Positions 1 to 7,434 of a DNA stretch of 32,000 bases are shown here, in pieces. This stretch comes from Erysipelotrichaceae bacterium (GTDB lineage: Bacteria; Bacillota_I; Bacilli_A; Erysipelotrichales; Erysipelotrichaceae). The stretch spans positions 780,001 through 812,000 of the forward strand of contig OY760660.1 in assembly GCA_963663995.1 (NCBI GenBank), written 5' to 3'. The notes beneath the pieces are model-generated. The model was not told where the DNA came from. It did not search any database and saw only the letters and a list, made by a program, of their open reading frames with translations. How positions within the stretch are numbered: the stretch's first letter is position 1; every line of letters begins with the position of its first letter. The position numbers and the translations under genes are program-made.

Positions 1-232
1 CAAAAGTAACTGTTTCAAATCCACGATGTGGATGAGCATCTACACCTACTTCTTGACTTGTTCCCTTAAATGTTGAAAGAACATTATAATCCATCAAAAT
101 AAAGGGTGAAAAACGCTCCATAAAAGCAGATCCAAAATTGCCTGGAAAGTAGTGATTGACATGAAAACCATTCCCAACCCAATGACTTTGAGGGTTTTGA
201 ATGAGTCTTTCAATTGTACGATATTGTTTCAT
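1..232 (-). CDS. pirin family protein (N-terminal part; gene continues beyond window start)
   Basis: Not in the ORF track because it runs off the edge. Reverse-strand translation from ATG at 232..230 gives MKQYRTIERLIQNPQSHWVGNGFHVNHYFPGNFGSAFMERFSPFILMDYNVLSTFKGTSQEVGVDAHPHRGFETVTF. This contains the pirin cupin metal-site signature HPHRGFETVT. GGAG lies 9 nt upstream of the ATG. Confidence 0.8.
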   Translation of the reverse strand, partial: MKQYRTIERLIQNPQSHWVGNGFHVNHYFPGNFGSAFMERFSPFILMDYNVLSTFKGTSQEVGVDAHPHRGFETVTF

Positions 233-312
233 TTTATTTAACTCCATAAGACAGTCGTCTATAAACTAAGTTTAATAAAAGAAATAATGAAAACCTAATC
301 ATATGCTCATAT

Positions 313-341
313 ACAAAAAAAGCTCAATATAAATTGAGCTT
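313..341 (-). terminator. rho-independent terminator downstream of rubrerythrin
   Basis: Perfect 9-bp stem AAGCTCAAT (320..328) / ATTGAGCTT (333..341) with a 4-nt loop. On the minus strand it is followed by a run of 7 U (plus-strand A run 314..320). It lies 7 nt after the rubrerythrin stop. Confidence 0.7.
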
Positions 342-347
342 AAGTGA

Positions 348-839
348 TTAAACCTTGATGAATTTGTCGCCAGCAAGATTACAGATATCACATTTTTCAG
401 GACGTGATTTTTCAATCTTACCGCAAACTGGGCAGTAGTAGTAGAATACTTCTTCTGTTTCGTCTAAGTTTGCAAGTGCATCTTTGTACATTTCAGCATG
501 GCTAACTTCTGCAAGTTTTGCCCATCTAAATGCAACTTCAGCAGCTTTGTTTCCTTCATTTTTAGCGATTTCTTCAAATTCAGGATACATTTCACTGAAC
601 TCATAAGTTTCGCCTTCAATACCTGTTTGTAGGTTTTCAGCCGTTGTTTTAATATGTCCAGCTACTTCAAATTCTTTTAAAGCGTGAAGAGTTTCAGCTT
701 CTGCAGCTAATTTGAACAATTTTGCAGCATTCTTATATCCTTCAGCTTCAGCTTTACGTGCGAAAGCAGTATACTTGCGATTTGCTTGTGATTCACCAGC
801 AAATGCAGCCATTAAGCATTCATATGTTGTTTTACTCAT
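348..839 (-). CDS. rbr: rubrerythrin
   Basis: The ORF track gives 348..893. I trimmed it to the ATG at 839 (MSKTTYECLMAAFAGESQANRKY...) because AGGAGG sits 10 nt upstream (850..855) and the longer form has no SD. The N-terminal ferritin-like diiron domain has E/ExxH-type motifs (AGESQANRKY, EAETLHA, EVSHAEMY). The C-terminal rubredoxin-like domain has CPVCG...CDIC. Confidence 0.9.
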   Translation of the reverse strand: MSKTTYECLMAAFAGESQANRKYTAFARKAEAEGYKNAAKLFKLAAEAETLHALKEFEVAGHIKTTAENLQTGIEGETYEFSEMYPEFEEIAKNEGNKAAEVAFRWAKLAEVSHAEMYKDALANLDETEEVFYYYCPVCGKIEKSRPEKCDICNLAGDKFIKV

Positions 840-861
840 TTTTAATAAGCCTCCTGTAATC

Positions 862-867
862 ATTATA
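862..867 (-). promoter_or_regulatory. candidate -10 box (TATAAT) of the rubrerythrin promoter
   Basis: Minus strand reads ...aaacttTATAATgattacAGGAGGcttattaaaaATG. The -10 hexamer is consensus, but the -35 at 17-bp spacing is weak (TCGAAA). Confidence 0.4.
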
Positions 868-1022
868 AAGTTTAATTTGATAATTTTCGACACAATTTTT
901 GTAAAGATATAGATTTTCTTAATGTTTTTTATACTTGTTCACTAACTCACAATTTTATTTAACTATTAGATATAAAAAATTGACTTAACCAATTTTATTT
1001 CTAACATCATTAAATAACAGTA

Positions 1023-1050
1023 TAAAAAAGACGGTAGGTTCTACCGTCTA
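1023..1050 (-). terminator. rho-independent terminator of the diguanylate cyclase gene
   Basis: 9-bp stem AGACGGTAG (1029..1037) / CTACCGTCT (1041..1049) with a 3-nt loop, followed on the minus strand by a U run (plus A run 1024..1029). The TAG stop (1048..1050) lies inside the stem. Confidence 0.75.
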
Positions 1051-3354
1051 ATTTTCAATTAGGATAACTTTATTTCGACCAGCATGCTTAGCATCATATA
1101 AGGCTTTATCTGCTCTTTTGAGACTAGCATCCAAATCATTAGTAGATTTAAGTTGAGTTAAACCAATACTAATCGTTTGTGTACCTACTTTTTCAAGTGG
1201 ATTCATTTCGATATTATATCGAATCTTTTCACAGACTTCATGAGATCCATTTAGTCCACTATCTTTAAAGACAATCACAAATTCTTCACCACCGACTCGA
1301 ACAATTGTGTCCGTATTACGTATGGTGTCTTTGATAATCTTAATTGTATGTTTGAGCAGTTCATCACCGACAACGTGTCCAAATGTATCATTGACGACTT
1401 TGAAGTGATCTAAGTCTAACATAGCAATACAATAACGATCACCTCGATGTACTTTGAATTCTTGTAGGAAACGTCGGTTATAAACACCAGTTAATGGATC
1501 TCTCGAACTAACTTCTTTAAGTTCTTCGAAATCTGATTCTTTTTGACTCAAGTCAATTTGAAGTTTTAGATTCTTATCTTTTTGTTCAATGAGTTCGGTA
1601 ATATCAGAATTCGTTCCGATGATGCGGATTGGATTATTATTAGGGTCTGTGATTAGACCACCACGAATGGCATTCCAAATATATTTACCAGACTTGGTTT
1701 TAACACGAACTTCAAGTTTAACATTCTTTTGAAGACCTTCAACCATATCATTAATCATATCTTCAAGTTTTTGTCGATCTTTAGGATGAACAATATCAAT
1801 CCAAGCTTCTAAACTAGCAATTAATTCATCATTGCGATAACCAATGATTTCTTTCATCTTATTACTAAAGTAAACTTCACCAGTTCTTACATCATAATCC
1901 CAAAGACCAGTTTCAGCCCCTTCTAAAGCAAGGTTAAAACGTTCTTCGCTACGGACTAAAGCTTTTGTCGCATCAGAGAGTTTTTGACCCATCTTCATAA
2001 CTTGTTCTTGAGTTTCATTCAATTCCAAGATATTTGTTTCTAGAGTTTTAACTTTATAGTGTCCTTTACCAATTTCTTTAAAGGATTCATTAAGTTCAGA
2101 TAATGGTGTAGCAATAAATTCACTCATACCTCTAGCTCTTTCAGCCATAAAGAGGAAGAATATGATATAGAAAACAATCATTCCACCTAAAATAAAGTAA
2201 CCGATTCTAAAGAGTTCATCTTCAATGCCTGTTATTTGACCAATAATCATATTTGGATCTAAAACAAGGACAAGTTTCCAACCAGTTTCTTCAATTGTTG
2301 ACCAAGATAAAGTATATTCTCCACCATGAACAATCGTGGTGACAATACCTTCACTATCAGATTGAATTTGACTAATCGCATCAGCATCAGGCATCGCTAA
2401 ATATAGATTAAAATCTGAAGGTTTATAAGTGTCTTGAAGAACCGCCTCATCATAAGTATGATCGGTAAACTCTTTTAAGTTCCAATCTTCTTCGCCAGCT
2501 GCAGGTAAAGCTAAGATAGTTCCATCTTCACCAACCAACATCGCATAGCCATCATATGGAACAACCATATTTAAAATTGATTGAGTAAAAGTCTCAACAG
2601 TCACATCGATCCCGACGACACCTTCTAAAAAGTCATTCCCAGTGTAAACAGGTGCGATGGCAGAAGCCATCCAACCTTGTCCCGCTGGATCTAAATAGAT
2701 ATCTGTCCATTCAACACTTTTATCTGGATTATGTTCTAAATCTGCTTCGTAATAAAAATTATAATCAGGTATGTCCATGGCAACTGGATACTGACTTATC
2801 GTATCGAAATATGGATAAATGATATTCAAAGAATCAAATGTGTTGTAGTAAATTTGTGTGACTAAAGGTTCAGTCTCTAAAAGATTAATCATGTCATCTT
2901 CTAAAACCATTAATTGACCTAATTTTTCTTTTTCAGCATCACCTACATAAACAGCGCCACTGTAGAAAACAGCCACACCACCTTCTTCAGAATCAGCATT
3001 GGTGTACAAAGCACCATAATCTGTACTTGAAAGACGTGATGCTAAGTCATCTGATAAAACAGCACCCGATGTATGAGCATCTTTAGTTATACGCGCAAAA
3101 TAATTTGTATTGTTTGCAATTGTTAAAAGTTTTGCTTGAATCGTATTCGCTTCTGAATTCGCAATCAGTTGCACTTCTTCTGCACTCTCACTTGTAACAT
3201 AATCTATCATCAAATCAGTTGAGAAAGATTGTGATGCAAAATATATTGAAATAAAGACTATTTCGATAACAAAAAGTGGAAGCACAGCGATACGCCAAAA
3301 TGATTTCCAAGTTAATTGATTTAAGGTTAAAATTGTTTTTTTATTCTTGTCCAT
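1048..3354 (-). CDS. membrane sensor diguanylate cyclase (TM - Cache-like extracytoplasmic domain - TM - HAMP-like linker - PAS - GGDEF)
   Basis: 768 aa.
- TM near residues 20-42.
- A ~340-aa extracytoplasmic region with the size and pattern of a double-Cache domain.
- Second TM (FRIGYFILGGMIVFYIIFFLFMA).
- PAS-like segment (ERFNLALEGAETGLWDYDVRTGEVYFSNKMKEIIGY...HPKDR).
- C-terminal GGDEF domain (DPLTGVYNRRFL, LDLDHFKVVNDTFGH) with an intact active-site GGEEF.
- RxxD I-site (RNTD) five residues upstream of GGEEF. Confidence 0.9.
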   Translation of the reverse strand: MDKNKKTILTLNQLTWKSFWRIAVLPLFVIEIVFISIYFASQSFSTDLMIDYVTSESAEEVQLIANSEANTIQAKLLTIANNTNYFARITKDAHTSGAVLSDDLASRLSSTDYGALYTNADSEEGGVAVFYSGAVYVGDAEKEKLGQLMVLEDDMINLLETEPLVTQIYYNTFDSLNIIYPYFDTISQYPVAMDIPDYNFYYEADLEHNPDKSVEWTDIYLDPAGQGWMASAIAPVYTGNDFLEGVVGIDVTVETFTQSILNMVVPYDGYAMLVGEDGTILALPAAGEEDWNLKEFTDHTYDEAVLQDTYKPSDFNLYLAMPDADAISQIQSDSEGIVTTIVHGGEYTLSWSTIEETGWKLVLVLDPNMIIGQITGIEDELFRIGYFILGGMIVFYIIFFLFMAERARGMSEFIATPLSELNESFKEIGKGHYKVKTLETNILELNETQEQVMKMGQKLSDATKALVRSEERFNLALEGAETGLWDYDVRTGEVYFSNKMKEIIGYRNDELIASLEAWIDIVHPKDRQKLEDMINDMVEGLQKNVKLEVRVKTKSGKYIWNAIRGGLITDPNNNPIRIIGTNSDITELIEQKDKNLKLQIDLSQKESDFEELKEVSSRDPLTGVYNRRFLQEFKVHRGDRYCIAMLDLDHFKVVNDTFGHVVGDELLKHTIKIIKDTIRNTDTIVRVGGEEFVIVFKDSGLNGSHEVCEKIRYNIEMNPLEKVGTQTISIGLTQLKSTNDLDASLKRADKALYDAKHAGRNKVILIEN

Positions 3355-3430
3355 TTACATCTTTTCCAAGCATATTATATAGTTTATTTTAAACAAATAT
3401 GATACATATTTATATATTTTAGAATTTTTT

Positions 3431-3476
3431 TGTGAATTTTCACATATTATTAACTTATTGCACTTAAAGTGTGCAA
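3431..3476. promoter_or_regulatory. two inverted repeats in the 202-nt region upstream of the diguanylate cyclase gene (candidate operators)
   Basis: TGTGAA-TT-TTCACA at 3431..3444, and TTGCAC-N7-GTGCAA at 3458..3476. On the minus strand, TTGCAC followed 18 nt later by TAATAA could be a -35/-10 pair overlapping the second repeat. No binding protein can be assigned from sequence. Confidence 0.3.
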
Positions 3477-3556
3477 ATTTAGTTTAACTATATACATGCA
3501 AATATTATTGTAACTTAATTGTCAAAAAAGTGGGCAAATGCCATTATACGTAGCCA

Positions 3557-4657
3557 CTATTTTTTTAGTTGAGCAATCGCTCCTCTAAGTCTTAAACCCA
3601 TACCTTCATCTTCTTGACTAAAGCGTTTTAAGTAGTCCTTTGTATTTTCGTAGTTTAAAGTTTTATTGATCAGAATCATTTCTAATTGTTGACGAATGAG
3701 TTGTGCATTTTGAAGTCGTTTTTCATCTTGTACATCTTCAATGACTTTTATCGTATCAGCAAGGACATGTAAAACTTCATTACGATCAAAAGGTTTAAAA
3801 GCATAATGATGCTCATCAATAGGGGTCGTTTCAACATCACTTTCATCAAGTGAATCCTTAAGCACTTGTTTCGCGTGACCAATTGCACATTTTTCACCTA
3901 AACAAGCATTGCAGTAACGCTCACCCATACAGATTTCATCTAAATGATGTGAGACATGTTGATAATAGTTATAAAGTTTTTGGGATGCAATTTTAAATTG
4001 TGATACCACTAATTGATGATGTTGATAAAGCTTATAAGCTAAAACAACTGTTATCCCTAAAACAAATAATATAAAAGCGATAAGATAAGTCGTTAATGTG
4101 TATAAACTAATCAGTTTTTGAAAACCAAACAATAGAAAAACGGATGATGCTAAATATTTAATCGCAAGTTCGGGAATTCTATCCCCTAACTTTTTACCAA
4201 CATAGATACCTAGGGCTCCTGTCGCAATCATCCCTAATACAGTACCTATTAAAATAACAGCTGGATAAACGGCTTCACTGGCTAGTGTTATCGCAGCTAA
4301 TTGAGTTTTATCGCCAAGTTCTCCAATAAAAAAAGCAATAGAAACAGTGAGGACTGGTCCATATTGTTTCTTTTGTTTTTCTTCATCTTCATCATTATCT
4401 ATTTTTAAAGTCCATAGACCAAAGGCGACGAAAGCAAAACCAGCAATCATTTGCATGATTTCAAAATCAATAAAAGTAGATAGTAAACTTCCTAGAATAA
4501 CGGCTAAACCATGATTTAAAAAAGCACCGAATCCGATGCCCATTAATACTTTCATGATTGGATATTGAGTTGCGAATGCCATGGCTAAAATCTGAGTCTT
4601 ATCACCCATTTCTGCCATAAATATTAAACTAAACGCTCTAATTAGTTCCTGAATCAC
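3557..4657 (-). CDS. GDT1/TMEM165 (UPF0016) family cation (Mn2+/Ca2+-type) transporter fused to a C-terminal Cys/His-rich cytoplasmic domain
   Basis: 366 aa with a GTG start at 4657. It has two UPF0016 repeats, each with the family signature E-x-G-D-K-T (EMGDKTQ near residue 16, ELGDKTQ near residue 113). An extra TM follows (YLIAFILFVLGITVVLAY), then a ~150-aa soluble tail containing HHQ, HVSHH, CMGERYCNACLGEKCAIGH and EHH. Confidence 0.8.
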   Translation of the reverse strand: MIQELIRAFSLIFMAEMGDKTQILAMAFATQYPIMKVLMGIGFGAFLNHGLAVILGSLLSTFIDFEIMQMIAGFAFVAFGLWTLKIDNDEDEEKQKKQYGPVLTVSIAFFIGELGDKTQLAAITLASEAVYPAVILIGTVLGMIATGALGIYVGKKLGDRIPELAIKYLASSVFLLFGFQKLISLYTLTTYLIAFILFVLGITVVLAYKLYQHHQLVVSQFKIASQKLYNYYQHVSHHLDEICMGERYCNACLGEKCAIGHAKQVLKDSLDESDVETTPIDEHHYAFKPFDRNEVLHVLADTIKVIEDVQDEKRLQNAQLIRQQLEMILINKTLNYENTKDYLKRFSQEDEGMGLRLRGAIAQLKK

Positions 4658-4675
4658 CTTAATATCCTATCATAA

Positions 4676-5026
4676 TTATTCAAAAATTTGTCTTAGTTCA
4701 ATCATGCCTTCATCTTCACCCATTGGATCAGGGCATTGATTAAACCACTTTATAGCCTCTTCTTTCGATTGAACATTGATTAAAAAGAAACCAGCCACTA
4801 GTTCACTAATGAAAGAATAGGGACCATGTAATACTTGTTTATTCCCATCCTTATCAAATTTTATACGTTGTGATTCATCACTGGGATGCAAACCATAAGC
4901 AGCGACTTTAACGTTAGCAGCTTCTAGTTTCTGATTGTATTCATCCATGGCTTCTCTTAAAGGTAAACGAGGACGATATCCCATTTCAGAATGTCTTGAG
5001 GCTTTTACAATAATCATAAAAAGCAT
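4676..5026 (-). CDS. YciI-like (DGPF-domain) family protein
   Basis: 116 aa. MLFMIIVKASRHSE...LHGPYSFISELVAGFFLINVQSKEEAIKWFNQCP...IELRQIFE matches the YciI-like pattern (MKFMLIVKA..., DGPF...GGF.I.V.S.EEA..W...CP, EIR..FE). AAAGGAGAA lies 4 nt upstream of the ATG. Confidence 0.75.
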   Translation of the reverse strand: MLFMIIVKASRHSEMGYRPRLPLREAMDEYNQKLEAANVKVAAYGLHPSDESQRIKFDKDGNKQVLHGPYSFISELVAGFFLINVQSKEEAIKWFNQCPDPMGEDEGMIELRQIFE

Positions 5027-5038
5027 ACGGTTCTCCTT

Positions 5039-5740
5039 TTATTTTTGAATAAAATCTACAATGGCTTGAACAGTTTGATTTTGTTGTTCCTCTGCACTAA
5101 TTAAAGCTGTACTATCCCCTTTTTGGAAACCATAATTTCCAAATTGTGCGTGATTTCCACCCATAATTTCAACAATATTCTCATCATAAGTTAATTTCTC
5201 TTCAACACTGGTATTTAAAGATCCATAAATAGTTAATGATTGCTCAATGGGATAGTCTCCATAAACATAAGCACCTAACACGATGAGTGCAACTATTTCA
5301 TCTTGATGATTGGAAGCATATGAACTTGCCATAGCCCCACCTAAGGAGTGTCCTACCATTATCCATTCATCAATTTCTGGATTTGCCTCAATAATTTTAT
5401 CTGCAGCATTCATACCCAAGAACGCAAAGTTAAGTGGCATTTTAAGCATTACCACCATCATATCTGTTTCATCATTGAGTTTTTCAAATAAAGGCAAGTA
5501 GGCAATATATTCTACTTTTGCGCCAGGATAAAAGATAAATGCCGTTGTTTTATCTGAGCTTGATGGAATCGTAATTTGATTATGTTCAATGATTAAGCGA
5601 GAATCTTTTTCATAATAATCGATGGCTGTTTGATCAGCCCCATAATAATCTGATGCATAGATGATAAAACCCACAACCCCAATAAAAAGCATGCTTATGA
5701 ATGCAATAATATTTTTTTTAATTGTTAACTTTTTTTTCAT
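5039..5740 (-). CDS. membrane-anchored alpha/beta hydrolase
   Basis: 233 aa. N-terminal TM (IIAFISMLFIGVVGFIIYA), nucleophile elbow GHSLGG, and a late GGNHAQF histidine region typical of the alpha/beta fold. The 12-nt gap to the next gene suggests an operon with YciI-like and GDT1. Confidence 0.8.
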   Translation of the reverse strand: MKKKLTIKKNIIAFISMLFIGVVGFIIYASDYYGADQTAIDYYEKDSRLIIEHNQITIPSSSDKTTAFIFYPGAKVEYIAYLPLFEKLNDETDMMVVMLKMPLNFAFLGMNAADKIIEANPEIDEWIMVGHSLGGAMASSYASNHQDEIVALIVLGAYVYGDYPIEQSLTIYGSLNTSVEEKLTYDENIVEIMGGNHAQFGNYGFQKGDSTALISAEEQQNQTVQAIVDFIQK

Positions 5741-5794
5741 AGCTTTTATTTTAAATCATAAAAAGCATTTAAAGTATTTAAATCCATATTATTT

Positions 5795-6784
5795 TTATTT
5801 ATCATCAATATTTTCAAATTTTGATAGATGTTCAAAGGGCAAAATCAAACGGCCTCGATAAAGTCCACAACCATCATTAATTAAGGAGTTATCCATGGCT
5901 GAGAACATATTGACATCAAGATTGGCTAGTTCAATTTCTTGAAGTGATTTAACTCTTTCAAAAGCATCATCAAAATACCTATTTTCACCCAGTGGAATCG
6001 CTTGGCGTTTTACTCGTTCTCTTTCCTGCCGCTTTTCATAACCCAAATGATTGGCAGGTCCTATTTCAGCAAAATCATCCATTTTTTTTGTACGCATTTG
6101 CACTTCTATAAAGGATCGCGAAATATTGTCATAGAAAGTAATATGCAAGGATTGATAACCACTCGATTCAGGATTAGCTACATAATCTTTGACATATGGT
6201 CTAACTTCTTCATTGAGCAAAGCCGATTGATTGACGCCCTCAAAGGAAGATAATTCAGCAGTAAAGCCTCTTTCCTCTAAAAAAGGCAGGAGCTTATTAG
6301 CCACATCATAAAGATATTTATTTTCCTCTTCATCAATTGTTTGTCCTGCTTGTAAATTACATTTAGGCAAAGAAATGACAATTCGATAGGCAATTAAATC
6401 TCTAAAAAAACTTAGATTATTCTTTAGTTCCAGTAAACTTGGATAGGTCTTATGTTCTTGGTAATAATTATAGATATACTCAACAATGTTGCCATTGAAT
6501 TTGTTTTCAGCTCTAATTAAAGACTTAATACGACCTTTAAAAGTAAAGGCTAAAAAAGGATAATCTTTTGCCATCATTTGATAAAATTCACGAATACGTT
6601 GGGATTGAGAGCTCAGAAACTCACGATGTTGGAGTAATTCAGCAATTTGTAGTAGAAAATTGCAATGCAATAAATCAATGTGATTATCATGATCAATAGC
6701 TGCTTCTCTTAAATCATTCGCATAAGATTGGATTATCTTTAAAACAGTATCGCCTGAATATAAATAATCATTAAGTTTCTTCAT
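5795..6784 (-). CDS. RelA/SpoT-homolog synthetase-only protein (small alarmone synthetase-like, divergent)
   Basis: 329 aa with the ordered RelA/SpoT nucleotidyltransferase motifs GRIKSLIRAENK (R.K...S...K), DLIAYRIVI (D..G/A.RI), SSGYQSLHI (GY.S.H) and IEVQMRTKKMDDFAEIGPANHLGYEKR (E.Q.RT..M..WA...H..YK). There is no HD hydrolase domain and no TGS/ACT. GGGGTGA SD lies 6 nt upstream of the ATG. Confidence 0.8.
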   Translation of the reverse strand: MKKLNDYLYSGDTVLKIIQSYANDLREAAIDHDNHIDLLHCNFLLQIAELLQHREFLSSQSQRIREFYQMMAKDYPFLAFTFKGRIKSLIRAENKFNGNIVEYIYNYYQEHKTYPSLLELKNNLSFFRDLIAYRIVISLPKCNLQAGQTIDEEENKYLYDVANKLLPFLEERGFTAELSSFEGVNQSALLNEEVRPYVKDYVANPESSGYQSLHITFYDNISRSFIEVQMRTKKMDDFAEIGPANHLGYEKRQERERVKRQAIPLGENRYFDDAFERVKSLQEIELANLDVNMFSAMDNSLINDGCGLYRGRLILPFEHLSKFENIDDK

Positions 6785-6908
6785 ATCACATCACCCCTTA
6801 TATTAAAAAGGGTATCATAAAAGACAAGTTTTAAAAGCATATAAACGAATGAATATGGATAAAGTAGAGATAAATATGATTTTTGTATTCTTAAAATATT
6901 AAAAAGGA

Positions 6909-7367
6909 TTATTGATTCTTATCGTTATATGACCAATTCATAATCTCAACAATATTGTTTTCAATATCTCGTGCATAGACAGCACATAAATGACGCCCAT
7001 CTGGATAATCCGCATGAATCAGTTCTCCTACGAGCGATCCTCCATGGGTTAAACATTTTTTCAATGTTTCTTCTACATCATCTACTTCAAAGGCAATATG
7101 TGAAAAACCATATTCATTGATTTTATGTTCTTGTGTCCCCACCATTTTTTTATATGAAAATATTTCCAAAGTAGCTCTTTGCTTTTCACCAGGTAAGCGT
7201 AAATGTTCACCAATAATATGAACATTTTTAATGCCCGTTAACGCATCAAACTGTGGACCTTTTAAGTTTCGTTTTTGGCCAATACTTTCACAGTTGAAAA
7301 CTTCTTTATAGAAGTGAATTAATTTTTCACTATCCTTGGCAATTATATTGGTATGTACATATGTCAT
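6909..7367 (-). CDS. VOC (glyoxalase/bleomycin-resistance/dioxygenase) family protein
   Basis: The ORF track gives 6909..7424. I trimmed it to the ATG at 7367 (MTYVHTNIIAKDSEKLIHFYKEVF...) because GGGAGA lies 7 nt upstream, while the longer form starts inside the upstream terminator hairpin. VOC-fold pattern H-x-(a/i)-x-v-x-D...FY, GFSHIAFEVDDVEE, IVEIM. Confidence 0.8.
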   Translation of the reverse strand: MTYVHTNIIAKDSEKLIHFYKEVFNCESIGQKRNLKGPQFDALTGIKNVHIIGEHLRLPGEKQRATLEIFSYKKMVGTQEHKINEYGFSHIAFEVDDVEETLKKCLTHGGSLVGELIHADYPDGRHLCAVYARDIENNIVEIMNWSYNDKNQ

Positions 7368-7402
7368 CTTTATATCTCCCTGCAATTTATTTAATCTTAC
7401 TA

Positions 7403-7434
7403 TCAAAAATAAATAAAAGGGCATTTTGCCCTTA
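7403..7434 (-). terminator. terminator after the AraC-family gene
   Basis: 6-bp GC-rich stem AAGGGC (7417..7422) / GCCCTT (7428..7433) with a 5-nt loop, followed on the minus strand by UUAUUUAUUUUU. The TAA stop (7432..7434) overlaps the stem. Confidence 0.55.

Noticed and set aside
868-900. PerR/Fur box in the rubrerythrin promoter
   Set aside because: Only one half-site-like element (ATTATCA within aaaATTATCAAATTAAa) is present. The other half of a 7-1-7 box does not match, so the call is not supportable by eye.
3355-3556. c-di-GMP riboswitch, or a Crp/Fnr/Rex operator, upstream of the diguanylate cyclase
   Set aside because: The region is almost pure A/T, without the GC-rich paired helices of GEMM-type riboswitches. 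The TGTGAA/TTCACA arms are separated by 2 nt (TGTGA-N4-TCACA). That does not fit the TGTGA-N6-TCACA spacing of Crp and Rex sites, and the arm sequence is not the TTGAT/ATCAA of Fnr. I kept it only as an unassigned palindrome.
4658-5794. yybP-ykoY (Mn2+) riboswitch in front of the GDT1-family transporter
   Set aside because: The transporter follows the YciI-like gene after only 18 nt, and the operon's first gene has only a 54-nt AT-rich upstream gap. There is no room for a ~100-nt structured element, and no GC-paired helices are visible.
5741-6908. Classical two-gene toxSAS toxin-antitoxin module around the RelA/SpoT-homolog gene
   Set aside because: The 54-nt and 124-nt flanks contain no small ORF on either side that could encode an antitoxin. 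Only the fused or autoinhibited possibility remains, and that is reported as a hypothesis.
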